Source of the DNA: Raja brachyura
Lineage: Eukaryota
Direction of reading: 5' to 3'
Length of the DNA: 64,000 nt
Assembly (NCBI GenBank): GCA_963514005.1
Contig: OY740794.1
Location: 41,974,001-42,038,000, forward strand
Shown here one piece after another: positions 12,501 through 25,799 of this stretch; the first letter of the stretch is position 1, and the number at the start of each line of letters is the position of its first letter. Under the pieces are notes generated by a model. That model searched no databases. It was not told the DNA's origin and saw nothing but the letters and a program-made list of their open reading frames with translations. The position numbers and the translations under genes were made by a program.

Positions 12501-13472
12501 CATCTGTGGTTATGGACTATCTGGGATTCACGATTAACACCAATCATATGATTGTCACTATCCCAGCCAGCAAAGCAATAGATATAATAGAGGCATGTAA
12601 CAGCCTTGCTTGCGCCAGGAAACCGACTATCAGACACGCTGCTAAGGTAATTGAAAGCTTGTAGCTACGTTTCCAGCTGTGCAATTTGGCCCATTACATT
12701 ATCAAAACTTGCAAAGAGCAAAATTCTCAGTATTAAAAGCAAATGCTGGACATTTTGACAGGCCTATGCAGCTGCCGATTAATGCAAAAATTGAGCTACA
12801 ATGGTGGGTTAGCAATATTAGTGATTGTTTTAATCCCATCATTATATCCAACCCATCAGTCGTGTTACAAACCGACGCAAGCGCCTAAGGCTGGGGAGCT
12901 GCCGACACCACTTCTAGTAGTTGCGGCAGATGGGATTCGGATGAATCTACACTTCTTCAGTCACAAGGTATAAACTATTTGGAAATGCTGGGAGCATTTC
13001 ACGGGCTGCGGACTTACTGCACGAATTTACATCATACGCATGTCCGTCTTCAAATAGATAATACCACTGTGGTGGCATATTTAAACCATATTAGTGGGAT
13101 CAAGTCAATATCTTGTGATGAATTGGCAAATACAATTTGGCTCTGGTGCATTGAAAGAAATATTTGGATATCAGCTACTTACCTTCCGGGTAAGCTCAAT
13201 ACAGTGGCGGACACCAGGTCACGAGTATTCAATGACAACATCGAGGGATTTTGTGCCCTCCGCTCCCAACCCTCTATCATAAGGTCAACTGGTATGTTAG
13301 TGTCTCTTAATCTTACTATCTTCAATCATTGTTGTTATCTGTGATTCCACACCGCTGCTTTGAAGAATGTCGCGCATGCATGCTGGCGGGGTCTTCACGA
13401 AATCCCTCATCGTAACTCCTCATAAAATAAGGATCAAACTTCAAACTGGTAAGTTCTCATTTAATCTTACTA
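9535..13472 (+). mobile_element. DIRS retrotransposon (gag, RT, RNase H; MT/YR deleted; right terminus kept), interrupted by a Tx1 element
   Basis: FGEDLSKQVKDLDEE (gag end), IDLKDAYYSVPI, LPNGLTTAPRLFT, YLDD at 12377-12388, QTDAS, LQIDNTTVVAYLNH, ISATYLPGKLNTVAD. Jumps at ~13241 to the terminal sequence ending ttaatcttacta. Confidence 0.92.
10174..11387 (+). mobile_element. Tx1-clade (L1 group) LINE, 5'-truncated, with 15-bp TSD
   Basis: ORF2 C-terminus with zinc knuckle CPRDGCYGEETVAHLFAEC, aataaa and A tail. TSD atgcatagcctctgc at 10159-10173 and 11388-11402. Confidence 0.88.
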
Positions 13473-13584
13473 ATTTTGTTCCTTCCTTTAATCTGATAAT
13501 GAAGATTAAGCTCACAGGTGGTTACTAAATGACCACCTTACCACTGGTCATAGAGTCCTCGAGAGTCATAGACTAGGTCTTTAA

Positions 13585-13795
13585 CTCAGGCTTTAGAGAT
13601 ACAGGTGGAAACAGGCCCTTCAGCCCACTGACCAGCAATTAACTTGCACACTAGCACTATCCTACACATTAGGGACAATTTACAATTTACAGAAGCCAAT
13701 TAATCTACAAACCTGCACATCTTTGGAGTGTAGAAGGAAACCGGAGCACCCGTAGAAAACCTTTGCGGGCCCATAGGGCGAACGTTAAAACTCCA
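13585..13795 (-). mobile_element. V-domain (HE1-like) SINE fragment
   Basis: Reverse complement of the V-domain (gtgctccggtttcct..caaaga) with CR1-like tail gggcctgtttcc. Confidence 0.75.
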
Positions 13796-14225
13796 GAGTC
13801 ATAGAGCTTTGAAACAGGCCCTTTGACCCTACTTGCCCACACCAACCAACATGTCCCATTAGGTCCATATCCATTCATCCTATCCTATCCATGTACCTGC
13901 CCAAATATTTTCTAAAGGTTGTGATAATACCTGCCTCTACTACCTCCTCCGACAGGTCATTCCATGTACCTACCACCTTTTGTATAAAACCGTTTCAACA
14001 CAAGTTCTTTCCACTTAAGTCTTTCACCCCTCATCTTACCAAATGTCCTCTGGTGTTTGATTCCCCTACTCTGGGTAAAAGACTCTGTGCATTTACCCTA
14101 TCTCTTCCTCTCATGATCTTATCTATATGAACACCCCTCATCTTCCAGCATGCCAAGGAATGCAGTTCTAGTCTGCTCAACCTCTCAGACTGCTCAGGCC
14201 CTCATGTCCTGGCAACATCCTTATA
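13796..14225 (-). mobile_element. CR1 (HER1-like) 3' fragment
   Basis: Typical CR1 C-terminus and 3' UTR (acctgcctctactacctcc, aaacaggccc tail). Confidence 0.75.
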
Positions 14226-14654
14226 AAAATCCTGGTCCTGTTGTCAATCAGTTGATCTGTGGAAGTATCTTAGCTGATATGTGTCTTATTTTTCATGTAT
14301 CTTGAGCTGCCTGTAAGGTGATATGTGGTGGAAAGAGGTGTCACCGTGACAGTAAACATCAGCTGCTGTGGGAAAATGACACACATGTCAATCCTCAAAT
14401 TCAGATGTTTTCCATATTGTCGTGAGAACATAAATGTGTCATTCCTTTCTGGGGAAAGGAATTAGAAATTATTATTATTTTCCAATCTGTCTGAACGTGT
14501 ACTTGATCTATTTCAAAGTGAAATAGTGTGTCATTGGTTTCAAAAACTCAACAACTGCTTTTTTTAAATTGAGCATCTGTTTTCTTTCCTGCCTCTCATC
14601 ATGTTTCAATACCCCCCACATCTCTTCTCCCTCACCCTACACACCCAACAAATA

Positions 14655-15320
14655 CCTATGATGAGCGCTTGACAGCACTGGGCCTTTGCTCGCTGGCGTT
14701 TAGAAGGTTGAGGGGGAACCTCATTGAAACTTACAGAATAAGGAAAAGGCATAGGTAGTGTGGATGTGAAAAGGGTTACACAAAAAGCTGGAGAAACTCA
14801 GCGGGTGCAGCAGCATCTAAGGAGCGAAGGAGATAGGCGACGTTTCGGGTCGAGACCCTTCTTCAGACTGGTCAGGGGTCAGGGAAATGAGAGATATAAA
14901 CAATGATGTGGAGAGATAAGGAATAATGAGTGAAAGATATGCAAAAAAGTATTGGTGATAAAGGAAGCAGGCCATTGTAAGCTGTTTGTGGTGTGAAAAT
15001 GAGAAGCTAGTGGATGTGATAAGGATGTTTCCACTAGTGGGAGACTCTAGGACCAGAGGTCATAGCTTCAGAATTAAAGGGCGCTAATTTAGAAAGGAGG
15101 TGAGGAGGAATTTCTTTAGTCAGAGGGTAGTTAATCTGTTAATCTGACTTGGCCTCCACAGGGCTGTGGAGGCCAAGATAGTGGATATTTTTAAGGTAGA
15201 GATAGACAAATTCTGGATTAGAACGGGTGTCAAGGGTCATAGGGAGAAGGCAAGAAAATGGGATTAGGAGATCAGCCATGATTGAATGGCAGAGTAGGCC
15301 GATGGGCCGAATGGCCTATA
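14655..15320 (+). mobile_element. CR1 3' fragment interrupted by a Penelope-derived insert (~14775-15008)
   Basis: SLAFRRLRGNLIETYRI, RGHSFRIKG..RRNFFSQRVVNL. gtggatgtga-aagg is duplicated around the insert. Confidence 0.8.
14839..14866 (-). ncRNA. Minimal type-I hammerhead ribozyme motif (Penelope)
   Basis: Minus strand reads CUGAAGA-a-GGGUC uc GACCC-GAAAC-GUC. Confidence 0.65.
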
Positions 15321-15334
15321 ACGTGAACTTGTGA

Positions 15335-15740
15335 ACACTGTCAGAGTGAGGCCAGACACAAATTGGAGGAACAGCACCTCATATTTTGCTTGGACAGCTT
15401 GCAACACAACGATATAAATATTGCTTTCTCTAACTTCAAGTAACCTTTTCTCACCATTCTTCCCCAACCCTAGTTCTCCGTCTAGTTTCAAAGTCCTCCT
15501 GATTAGTTTTTGTTAGTATGCCTTGTGAGCACCTTCCCTTCAGCCATCAATAAACCTTGAACATCATCTGCTTTGATCTGTCCTTTTCACATTACGTTTT
15601 GTAACCTTCCATAACTCTAGTTGCCCTCTCCCCTTAGTCAGTCTGAAGAAGGGTCTTGACTAGAAACAACACCCATCCCATCTCTCCAGAAATGCTGCCT
15701 GTCCCGCTGAGTTACTCCAGCATTTTGTGTCTATCTTCAC
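15335..15740 (+). mobile_element. Penelope-like element 3' end (GIY-YIG C-terminus, 3' UTR, degenerate hammerhead)
   Basis: HCQSEARHKLEEQHLIFCLDSLQHNDINI followed by agtctgaagaagggtcttgac at 15640-15660. Confidence 0.8.
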
Positions 15741-16242
15741 ACCTAGATCAAAGCTCTGCTGTCCATATGGGTTCCTATCCATGTCCAGCACTGGCCATCA
15801 GAAGTCTCTATATCCTTGATATTCTCCTAAACATGGACGTTTTTTATTTTACAAATCCTACCCTGGTCTCAACCCATTATTTCCTCAACAAAACTCTCAG
15901 TTCAATAAATAATATCTTTGTATTCAAATCTCTCATTGAGACTTTGTTCCTGCCACTAGTTTCAAATCACTTTGGCATTACTAACTTGTATTCACTCCCA
16001 CAATTCCTTTGCCTTGTTGTTTATCTAATTTAAAATCCTCTTCAGAAACCATGGCTTTCAATCACATCTCCCAACTCCTATTACTCTGGCCTCTTGCTTC
16101 TCATCTTTTCATATGCCTTTGTTCCCTTAAATCTATGTTGGTTATTAGAGTAATCCCATCAATCCCACTCCCAAATTATTTTTCCCGTAACCTACTCTCT
16201 CATTTATGTCCATTAATACCCCAGAATGTTCCTATTGTCTAT

Positions 16243-16435
16243 CTACACTAGAGGCAATTTCCAATCACCTATGATCCCACCATCGAGCATCTTTGGGATG
16301 TAGAGTAGCGCAGGGCACCCAGGCAAACGTATGTGTAGGCAAGAGAATGGACAAACTCCATGCACATGGCACTGGAGGTAAAGTCTGAACCCATATTGTT
16401 GGACCTGTGAGAAAGCTACACTAACAGCAGTCACA
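16243..16435 (-). mobile_element. Old V-domain SINE
   Basis: Degenerate tctttgggatg..caaactcca..ctgaaccc pattern. Confidence 0.6.
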
Positions 16436-16524
16436 CTATGATTGTTTCATTATCTTCTTCACTGTGCTCAGAGTACCATTAGATGCAGTATACTGCAGGG
16501 ATGTTTTGCTACAGCAATTCTCTT

Positions 16525-16975
16525 AAAGGTGAGGGGGGAAAGGTTTAAGGTGAGAGGGGAAAAATTTAAGGTGGGGGGGAAGGGGAGGATTTAATAGGAA
16601 CCTGAGGAGTAACTTTTTCACACAAAGGGTGTTTGATGTATGGAACAAACTGCTGGAGGAAGTAGTTGAGGCAGGTATTATTCAATTCAATTCAATCTTT
16701 AATTGTCATTGTGCAGTGTACAGTACAGACAACGAAATGCAGTTAGCATCTCCCCAGAAGAGCGAACTTAGAATAATGAACGGTAAAAAATATATATGTA
16801 CAAACAGTATCAGTAGTGCAATTATTGCAACGTTTAAGAAACATTTAGATAGGTACATGGATAGGACAGGTTTAGAGGGATATGGGCTAAATGTAGGAAG
16901 GTGAGATTGGTGTAGATGGAACATGTTGGCTGGGCCGAAGGGCCTGTTTCCGTGCTGTAAGACTTTATGACTCCA
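16525..16975 (+). mobile_element. CR1 3' fragment with a short Rex1-type tail inserted in antisense (~16683-16820)
   Basis: WNKLLEEVVEAGI..ATFKKHLDRYMDR; attatt duplicated around an insert with an (attca)n tail. Confidence 0.75.
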
Positions 16976-17690
16976 TAAAACATAGAAATCTAATAAACAC
17001 TGCTGACCTGAATTGCAAAGAATTGTCAGAAACCAGTTCTATGGAGAGGCAATTGGTTGCTAACAGAGTCCTCAGAACCCCCATGCTTCTCTCTGTGCAG
17101 ATACACAACCTCATCAGTAAATCCTTCTCCCCATTATTATTGGGCATCTTGTCCGATAATCCCCAATCAATGCTAATTCTCCCTCAATATCCTTATACTA
17201 TGTGTGACATTGCCTTGAGAATCTGCAAAATCTCCTTGAAGTAGAAACGCAAAACACACAGCAATGTATTTGCTGAACATAAATGTGTGGAATGCGCCTC
17301 TAGGCTGCTTCCCACCAAGACTACATTCAGATCCTTGTCATCCAAAGATTTCGCACCCGTTGCTTTCTGTGGCCATGTAACCTGATGTTGTCAACAGAAA
17401 AGGAAACAACACCATGGGTATTAGTTTCATGTTTGCCCAGAACTCACTCTCCAGAATCACCTGACTGTCCCACATACGTAACTGTTGTTCTCTTCTCATT
17501 GCTATTCTACGTGCTCAATCATTTTCCTCCATTTTAAATGGAATTGCCTGCATTCTCTCATCTGACAGCATACAAGTGATTCTCTATCATCTGATCTTGA
17601 AAATATTTGGAATTACCTGATCACATGCTGACCAAATTGTCCCCTGGTCCCTGGGTGCGTATGCCAGAGTGTGACTCAAAAATGGCCCTG
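16976..17690 (-). mobile_element. Ancient Gypsy integrase-region relic
   Basis: LRTLLATNCLSIELVSDNSLQFRSAVF resembles the integrase core LFATHGLPEELVSDNGPQF. Confidence 0.55.
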
Positions 17691-18183
17691 AATTCTCAGG
17701 AGGATCCCTACCTGAAACGTCACTTATCCATGTCCTCCACAGACATTGCCTAACCCACTGAGTTACTCCAGCAATTGTGTAGTATGCACGATTCCAGCAT
17801 CTGTGGTTCTTTGTGTCTACTCTCTCTCTACTCTGTCAAAACCTCCATGCAAGGTTTTTGTTTATTCCTCACATGTGCCTTTGTCTGCACTTTGTGTTAC
17901 TGTTGGTCTTACCAATGTCTTACATGCCTCCCACCATTACCACCACTACCTATCACCTTACTTGCCACGGATATCATCATGTTTCCTGAATCTGCCCCTG
18001 ATGTTCTTTGCCCATGGGGACACATTAGTTTCTTCTACTGACTAAATCTCCTTGAGCTCACTAAAATATCCAATGTGGTAACAGTCTACAATTATCACTG
18101 ATCCACCTCGAAAACCCTGTTCTGCTTGTATTGGACCGCTGTTATCAAGCAATAACACCTGAAACCCAATACTAATTGTGTTC

Positions 18184-18365
18184 ATAGAAACATAGAAACA
18201 TAGAAATTAGGTGCAGGAGTAGGCCATTCGGCCCTTCGAGCTTGCACCACCATTCAATATGATCATGGCTGATCATCCAACTCAGTATCCCGTACCTGCC
18301 TTCTCTCCATACCCTCTGATCCCCTTAGCCACAAGGGCCACATCTAACCCCCTCTTAAATATAGC
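18184..18365 (-). mobile_element. Young CR1 3' end
   Basis: (catagaaa)n tail; near-identical to 46771-46950. Confidence 0.85.
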
Positions 18366-18726
18366 AAATCTTCGGTATAAACCAGCTTCTGCAGTTCCTT
18401 CCAGCACACTAATGTTGTGTCTTTGTGTTGTTACTTCCATAACTCCACCTTTGTTATTTTCTATCAATAGAACATCCTTCATTGAAGGCAGTACTCTCAA
18501 CTAATGGCAGTATCTGGAACAACAAGTAGTATCACAAATATAAATATACATGCTGATGTTCGCTTTGGACTTTAGTTTGGTTTCAGATGATTCAATGAAA
18601 TATTAAAAGCTGTTTTATTCATGACACAAATTACATTCCCCAACCAGCTTTCAATTCCTCTTATAGCCTACGATAGCATGCCGACCCAGACTATTTGTCT
18701 TTACTTAAGGTGATCTCTCTCAATAA

Positions 18727-19005
18727 AACAGTGGCACAGCTTGTAAAGCTGCTGAAACATGGGTTCAATCCTGATCTCACGTGCTGTGTAGGGTTTGCAC
18801 GTTCTTCCTGTTACTGCGTGGATTTCCTTCAGGGGCTCCGGTTTCCTCCCACATCCCAACAACGTGTGGGTATGTTGGTTAATTGGCCTCCATAAATTGC
18901 TCCTAGTGTGTACGGAGTGGATAAAAAAGTGAGATAACATAGATTGATGGTCGTCGTGGACTCTGTGGGCCAAAGGGCCTGTTTCCATGATGTATCTGTA
19001 GACTC
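18727..19005 (+). mobile_element. V-domain SINE
   Basis: tRNA-like head with gggttcaatcc, V-domain, tail gggcctgtttcc. Confidence 0.8.
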
Positions 19006-20704
19006 TGAACTCTTAAAACCACCAACTTCAATCTCCTGATAATTCTGACTAACTCTGGTTAGACTGAAATTTAATAGTTGTAGATGCACTCATGCACTTC
19101 ATTGTTACTTAGAAACTCAATTACTACAGGGTACTTCTGCATAATTATGCACATTTCTTAACCTTAAGCTCCTCGAGTATTTGCTCCCTGTATCTGTGTA
19201 CTAAATCCTGCTCACCTATTAATCTCTGTGTTTACTGACATATATTTGCTTGCCATCTGGTACCACCTCCATTTATATATTGTTATCGTTTTCAAAACCC
19301 TTTCAAAATGGCTATGTTTTTTCTTTATAAACTCCTCTAAGTCTACAATCCTCTGAGGTTCTTCTTTTTCTCCAACTGCAGGCTTTCGGACACCCCTAAT
19401 TTCAGCTCTTACCGCTGTCTGTGCCTCACTATCTATCTTATTCTCAACCTCTATAATTGCTTCCCCTACATTGGAGTTGATTTCACTGCAGAGTGAAGTA
19501 AAAGAGCTTTATTCAGCCTTACACTAGCAGCTTGGAGGAGACTGGAATAACTAGCAAGGAAATTGAGCATGTGCTATGGATAAAATGACAATGGTTTGGC
19601 CTTCTTAATATGACGTCCAATTATCTCAAACATAGCTAATACATGTAGTTATATAAGGCTATGTATTTATAATAGTGAATTATGTAATAGGACTTTTGAA
19701 AGCACCAGGCACTTTCATCAATTACTCAGACTTACTACTGTCAATGAACGATATTCTTCTGATTGGGAAGATGCAGAGCTATGTAAGTAGTAATGCAAAT
19801 AAACCTTATGGTCTTTGGGATGTCACTATCTTTGATTTTGTTCCTCTCCTCCTTTTAGATGCTGCTTAAAAGATACCTCTAACCATGTGTTGGTTGCCTG
19901 CCTTAATTCATGCACTTTAGTGTCAAACTCTGGCAAATAACCCTCCAGTAAAGAACTTTGTTTTGTTCTGCACCATTATAGATGCCAGGAAAATCTGCCA
20001 GCTGTCGCTTTATTTATATTATAGGAATTTTGCTGATTTTTTTTAATGTTGATTTTGTACATAACGGCTATGTTTTAGTGACTATTGATTTATATGTAAT
20101 TAAAGTGGTTATATCTATAAATGGATTTAGGTCCTCTGGGTTTGGCCCTTTATTAAGAATTTTTTAATGAGATTCTTTACCCAAGTGACAGATCGCTTTA
20201 ACTATTCCATCCAGTATTTGATTAGGTTGGACTTATATGAAACATAAGGCTTCAAACCTCCTAGGTAATGTTGTAGTTTAAAATATATAAGGTTTAATTT
20301 TGAAAATGTAGCTTTGCAAATTAGATGAGATCAAATACTAATTGCACTAAACTTGGTGATAATCATGGTAAATTACTGAAAAGCACATTGTAATTCTGGT
20401 CATGTTTTCACATTGTATCTGTGATAATTGTTGCCTTGGCTAAAGGCAACAAATTATTTACAGTATTGGCTGATCGGAAATAAGAACGAGGCAAACTTTA
20501 TTAATAGAATTTAATATTTTCGATTCAGTTGACCAAAACTGACAACATTGCACTAAAATAAGGTGTTAAAGGGTAATGGCCCAGTGAGCAATTGCTACTG
20601 ATTGGAAACAAATTTGTTTATATTAAACTGGACCTTAAAAAATACATTGTGTTTTAACCACCTAACGTGTGTTGTTTAAAAATGTTAATCTCTCTTTGAC
20701 CAAG

Positions 20705-21608
20705 GGCGATACAGTGACGCAGCGGCAGAGCTGCCGATTCAAATCCTTACTCTGTACGGAGTTTGTACCTTCTCGCTGAGACTGGGTGGGTATTCTCCGG
20801 GTGCTCCTGTTTCCTCCCACAATCCAAAGACATGGAGGTTAATTGACTTCTGTAAATTGTCCCTAGTATGTAGGATAGAACTAGTGTACACGTGATCGTT
20901 GGTCAACATCTGGCGTGCACATCTGTGAAGATCTTTCCTGGTCCGAGAACACAGATGCAATTATTAAGAAAGCTCATCAGTGCCCTTACTTCCTGAGAAG
21001 ATTACGGAGAGTTGGTCTGTCAAGGAGGACTCTCTCTAACTTCTACAGGTGTACAGTAGCGAGCTCGCTGACTGGTTGCATCGTGGCTTGGTTCGGCAAC
21101 TTGAGCGCCCTGGAGAGGAAAAGACTCCAAAAAGTAGTAAACACTGCCCAGTCCATCATCGGCTCTGACCTTCCTTCCATCGAGGGGATTTATCACAGTC
21201 GCTGCCTCAAAAAGGCTGGCAGCATCATCAAGGACCCACACCACCCTAGCCACACACTCATATCCCGGCTAACTTCGGGTAGAAGGTACAGGAGCCTGAA
21301 GACTGCAACAACCCGGTTTAGGAATAGCTACTTCCCCACAGCCATCAGGCTATTAATCCTGGCTCGGAACTCTGAACATTAATATCCCTCCATCTGTTAT
21401 TTGCACTTTATTAATTTATTAAGTCATGGGTGTATTTATGTATAGAATTGTAGTCAATGCCTTCTATGTTCTGTTGTGCTATGCAAAGAAAGATTTTCAT
21501 TGTCCTGTCAGGGACACATGACAATAAACTCTTTTGACTTTGACTTGACGTGGGCTCAGTGGGCTTAAGGGCCTATTTCCATGCTGTATCTCTAAAACTA
21601 AAACTAAA
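20705..21608 (+). mobile_element. V-domain SINE split by a Rex1 insertion
   Basis: SINE 20705-20907 resumes at ~21548 (cgtgggctcagtggg...ctaaaactaaaact). Confidence 0.8.
20908..21547 (+). mobile_element. Rex1-type LINE 3' fragment
   Basis: ORF 20915-21382 (LSWSENTDAIIKKAHQ..FYRCTV..RFRNSYFPTAIRLL); (gactt)n tail. Confidence 0.88.
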
Positions 21609-22032
21609 TGTTGCATGATTGGGAAAGATTTGTGGTGTGTGAAGGGTCATAGAGAGATCTGGATGTCGAGGTGGGCATGGAGGTCATGGTGCTTACTGTA
21701 TACTTGCTCTCATCTATCTTAGGAGCTGATGATCAGAAATTCAAATAAACCAGCCACACAAATTCCATGACAATCAGATCATGTCAGAAGCTGTCTGTTC
21801 TCCATGAACCAGCTTGGTTGCCAACTTCCCAAATAATTTGACCACTTAGAGGACACAATTAAATGCTCTTTGCCTGCCTGAATACAGGGTAAGGTAATCA
21901 AGAACAGTTTGTGTGCCACCATTTCATCAATGACAAAGTTATCCGTTTGTTTAGTATGTCACCAATGAGTCTGAACATTCACTCCCCCCTGCACTGTGTA
22001 CTATCCCCATAGGTTGCACTGCAAACTCCTAA

Positions 22033-22360
22033 AGGGCCTGCCCCACTGTACGAGGTAATTCAAGAGTTCTCCCGAGTTTTCCCCTGATTTGAACTCGGAG
22101 AATGCCCGTAGCTGGTCCGTAGGAGTTCGTGGATGTCCCGTAGCGGTAGGTACTCGGGAAATCTGGTAACCTCGTGACGTTTTTTCAACACTGTGAAAAA
22201 TGTCCACGAGTAAAAAAAACTTGTGATGATAAAAATGGTTACTTTTTACTCGTACGAGCCGCTACGAGACATCCACGAACTCTACAAACATTCTCCGAGT
22301 TCGAATCATGGGAAAACTCGGAAGAACTCTTGAATTACCTCGTACAGTGGGACAGGCCCT
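22033..22360. mobile_element. PIF/Harbinger-type MITE
   Basis: Long TIRs agggcctg(c/t)cccactgtacgaggtaattcaagagttc; TAA TSD at 22030-22032 and 22361-22363; non-coding. Confidence 0.88.
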
Positions 22361-25261
22361 TAACTCCAAACATCCCACAGCCTCCTCCAGCTTATGAGAC
22401 AAGATTATCAAGTGCAGGTGAGCACCATTAATTCAACATTCCACTCTTGAGTCACAGATCAAGCTGATCTTCATCATCACCATATCTTCATTGTGGTTGA
22501 CCCAAAGTCTTGGAACTCCCTCATTCACAGCATTGTAGGAATCCATTTCCTTGTAGATTATTTGAATACTTGAAGCAGAAATCTTACCACTCCTCTACTC
22601 AGGGACAATTAGGACTGAGCAGTAAATTCTGGCCCAGCCAGCATTGCCATATCCCAAACACTAGTAATAAAAAAGGACAGGATATATTCACTTTGAGCTG
22701 GCAAGTTAATTTAATTAACAGTTATAAGAGGACATTAATTTTGTACCAGACGAGGATAAGCAGTACAAGTGATAGGAGAAATGGAAGAAGCATTTGACTC
22801 AGCACCCAAACACTGACATATTACATTATGTTAATGCAAAAAACCCATCCATTTAAATCAGTTGCTTATAAATATCCACATGTCAGGACAAAATGTTGCA
22901 ATTCTTTGTGTTGCTCTTAGAGCAAGTGTTTGGAATTTTCATTTAAAAAAAAATCAAAGTGATGAATGACAGTCAGTGAAGTGTTAAGCAGAGTACTGAA
23001 GATATGGGAATGCTTATTTTGTATTTTGAAGAGGTAAAATGAAGGGGGCACAGATTTCATAATGGCTAACATTTGTTTCTGTGATGGGGTCCTTGCCTTA
23101 CTGCGTTGAATCATTTAACCTCAGGAATCTGATAAGTGATTTGAATTTCTGCCACAGTGTAAACAATTCTAAGTGAACAGCTTCCAATACAAAGAGTTAA
23201 GGGTAACATACAATTAGCATTCAAGTAGTTGTCTGGTGGCCCACTAATTTCTTTTGCCATAATCAGTATAGCCTTTTTTACCCCCCCTGTCCCTCAAAAG
23301 CTTACAGTGAATTGATTTACCATCACAGAAAGTCATTATCTGAAATCCCGTGAAGACAATTTGTACTAATTTTGTTTGAATTTGATTTACTTCTGTGTCT
23401 GGAAATTTCTTCTGCTAAAAATATTCTTAAGTAAATATTTACAATAACAAAATAATCACGCAAATTTATGGCATCTGTTTCCACCATCGCTTTCACAAAT
23501 TCTGTTGGTTATTTTCTCGCAGAAATGTCTCCAGTGTCTTGAATCATTTTTCACTGAGTGAGTTAAGTAATCAACCTACTCTCAGGCCTTAGCTTTCATT
23601 GCACTCCGGTAAGCTGCTAACATCAATAACATACTTGGATATCTCGTGTGTGAAACCACTGAAGGCCGTACCGCTGGGTAGGAGTATCCATCAGGAAGGA
23701 CTAAATCACTGAAGTTACTAATGAGCGTGAAAATCAAATCAAATGCTCGAAAAGTAACTTGCAAAAAGTGTCAATTCGCATTCAATTCTGTGGAATTGCA
23801 AATGGCATCTGAGCAGCCAATTATTAACATGAACATAAATGTTTGGTTTAACAAGAGACGTCTAGTAATATTTCCTATTCAAAGGGAAACATTTCAATAG
23901 ATGGTGAACTGAGGCAGTCAGAAAGACCGAGTTGACTTTGTAGTGGGAAGTTGCAGCATCTAATTGATCAATTCTTTAGCAACAAGGAACAGCCACAATG
24001 TGATGAACAAGTTGACGGTAAACGTTCATGTTGCAAGTATCTCCTTTGCCATTTTTGCTGAAGTTGGTGAACTGTTTCATCCAAGCCCCCCCACCCCCCA
24101 AGACTAAAGAGCCTAAAGGCCAGACTTCATATTTGAACTGAGAGATACGTGTCCCAAATTCACTGCTGTTGTGTAAGGGTAAATCGACTGGCTGCATAGT
24201 AGGCAGCAGATCTGATAGCATGTAGGTTCTGCTCTTGCTGAATGCAAACATTGTTTTCCCTGTAATGTTGTCTTTACAACTCTGAACCCTCACACCATCA
24301 ATCTGACTTGCAGCTGAGCTTCACTGAGCTTCCTCCACTGTGATTGCTGATGGGTACTTTTAGACTCTTCCCTTTACGAACATCCCAGCGAACCCGTTGC
24401 TTTACTGTAAGAAGTCTCAGATCACAGTAGAAGGACCTTTGGAACCACAGTTATGTCATAGGTCGATGCCTCATCCAAGGTCCAACCAAAAAGAATACAG
24501 GATTTGACCTCCAATAAAACGTTTGGCAGGCTTGAATCACATTCACACTGGGCAAGTATTTACTACATAAATATTAGGATAAAGATGCCTCAGAGTGTGA
24601 TTCAGACACCCAACTCAGACAATAAATAATATGATAAATTTGCCTCGTCTGTGTTGCTTTGAAAAAGGGAACGATATTCCATGGCCCTGAATCCATCAAA
24701 CATGTTCCAGATTTCAAGCTGCTCATTCACTGCTTTCCTATCCATACAATATATAAAAATAGTCAATCTCTTGACTAGATTTTGGTTGTTGTATTTGAAA
24801 ACACACCAATGGGATGGAACAATTTGGTCATAATTTTGCCTCCGATTTTGCAGCTTTAGATTCACAGTCGAACATTACTACTGTTTGTTGGTTGAATGTA
24901 TTTATTATCAAGTCTCCAAGCCTACTGGAAGATTTATTTGCATAATTATTAGTAACTTCACATTGTGTCCCAACAAATCTTTCAGAATTACGAGGTTATG
25001 GACTTACCAATCCTCTATTTGCTTCCTTGTGGGACAGGAACATAAGAGCATGAGAACAAAGAGAATAAAGACTGTAGAACTTCAAGACTGTGGAACTTTT
25101 CAATAAGATTATATCTGATCCAAACTGTGCCTCACAGATGATTGAGAGGGAATTGCCAGGGAGCTGAAATTTGTTTTGCTTTTTGTGGATAATACATGAG
25201 TGAACTGTTTTTCATCACAGTGAATGGATCTTGTTTTTGCATTGGGTTGAAACAGGTTACC

Positions 25262-25798
25262 TGAGGTCAGAGACATAGTGATAGAGACATACAGAATGGG
25301 AACAGGCTCTTCAACCCAACTCATCCATGCTGACCAAGATGTCCCATTCGAGCTTGTCCTATTTACCAGCCTGTGTCCCATATTCCTTGAAACCTTTCTT
25401 CTGTCAAAATGTCTTTTAAATGTTGTTATTGTACCTAGTTCAACTACTTCCTCGGGCAGCTTATTCCTTATGCCCACCACCCGCTGGGTCAAAAGGTTGC
25501 CTCTTATGTTCCTATTAAATCTGCTCCCTCTCACCATACACCTCTCCTCCCAGTTCTTGATTACCTTACCCTGGAAAAATGATCCTCATGATTTTACACA
25601 TGGTTATAATAGGATCCTTCAGCCTCCCGCCCTGCCCTCCAAATAAAGTCCTGGCCTGCCCAATCTCCCCCTATAGTTCAGGCCTTTGAGTTCTGGCAAC
25701 ATCCTTGCACATATTTTCTGCAGTCCTTCCAGCTTAATGGCAATTTCCCTAAAGCAGGGTGAACAAAATTGAACACATTGCTCCAACTGCGGCCTCAC
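25262..25798 (-). mobile_element. CR1 3' fragment
   Basis: VRGSRFNRNIRGNLLTQRVVGIRNKLPEEVVE. Confidence 0.8.
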
Positions 25799-25799
25799 A

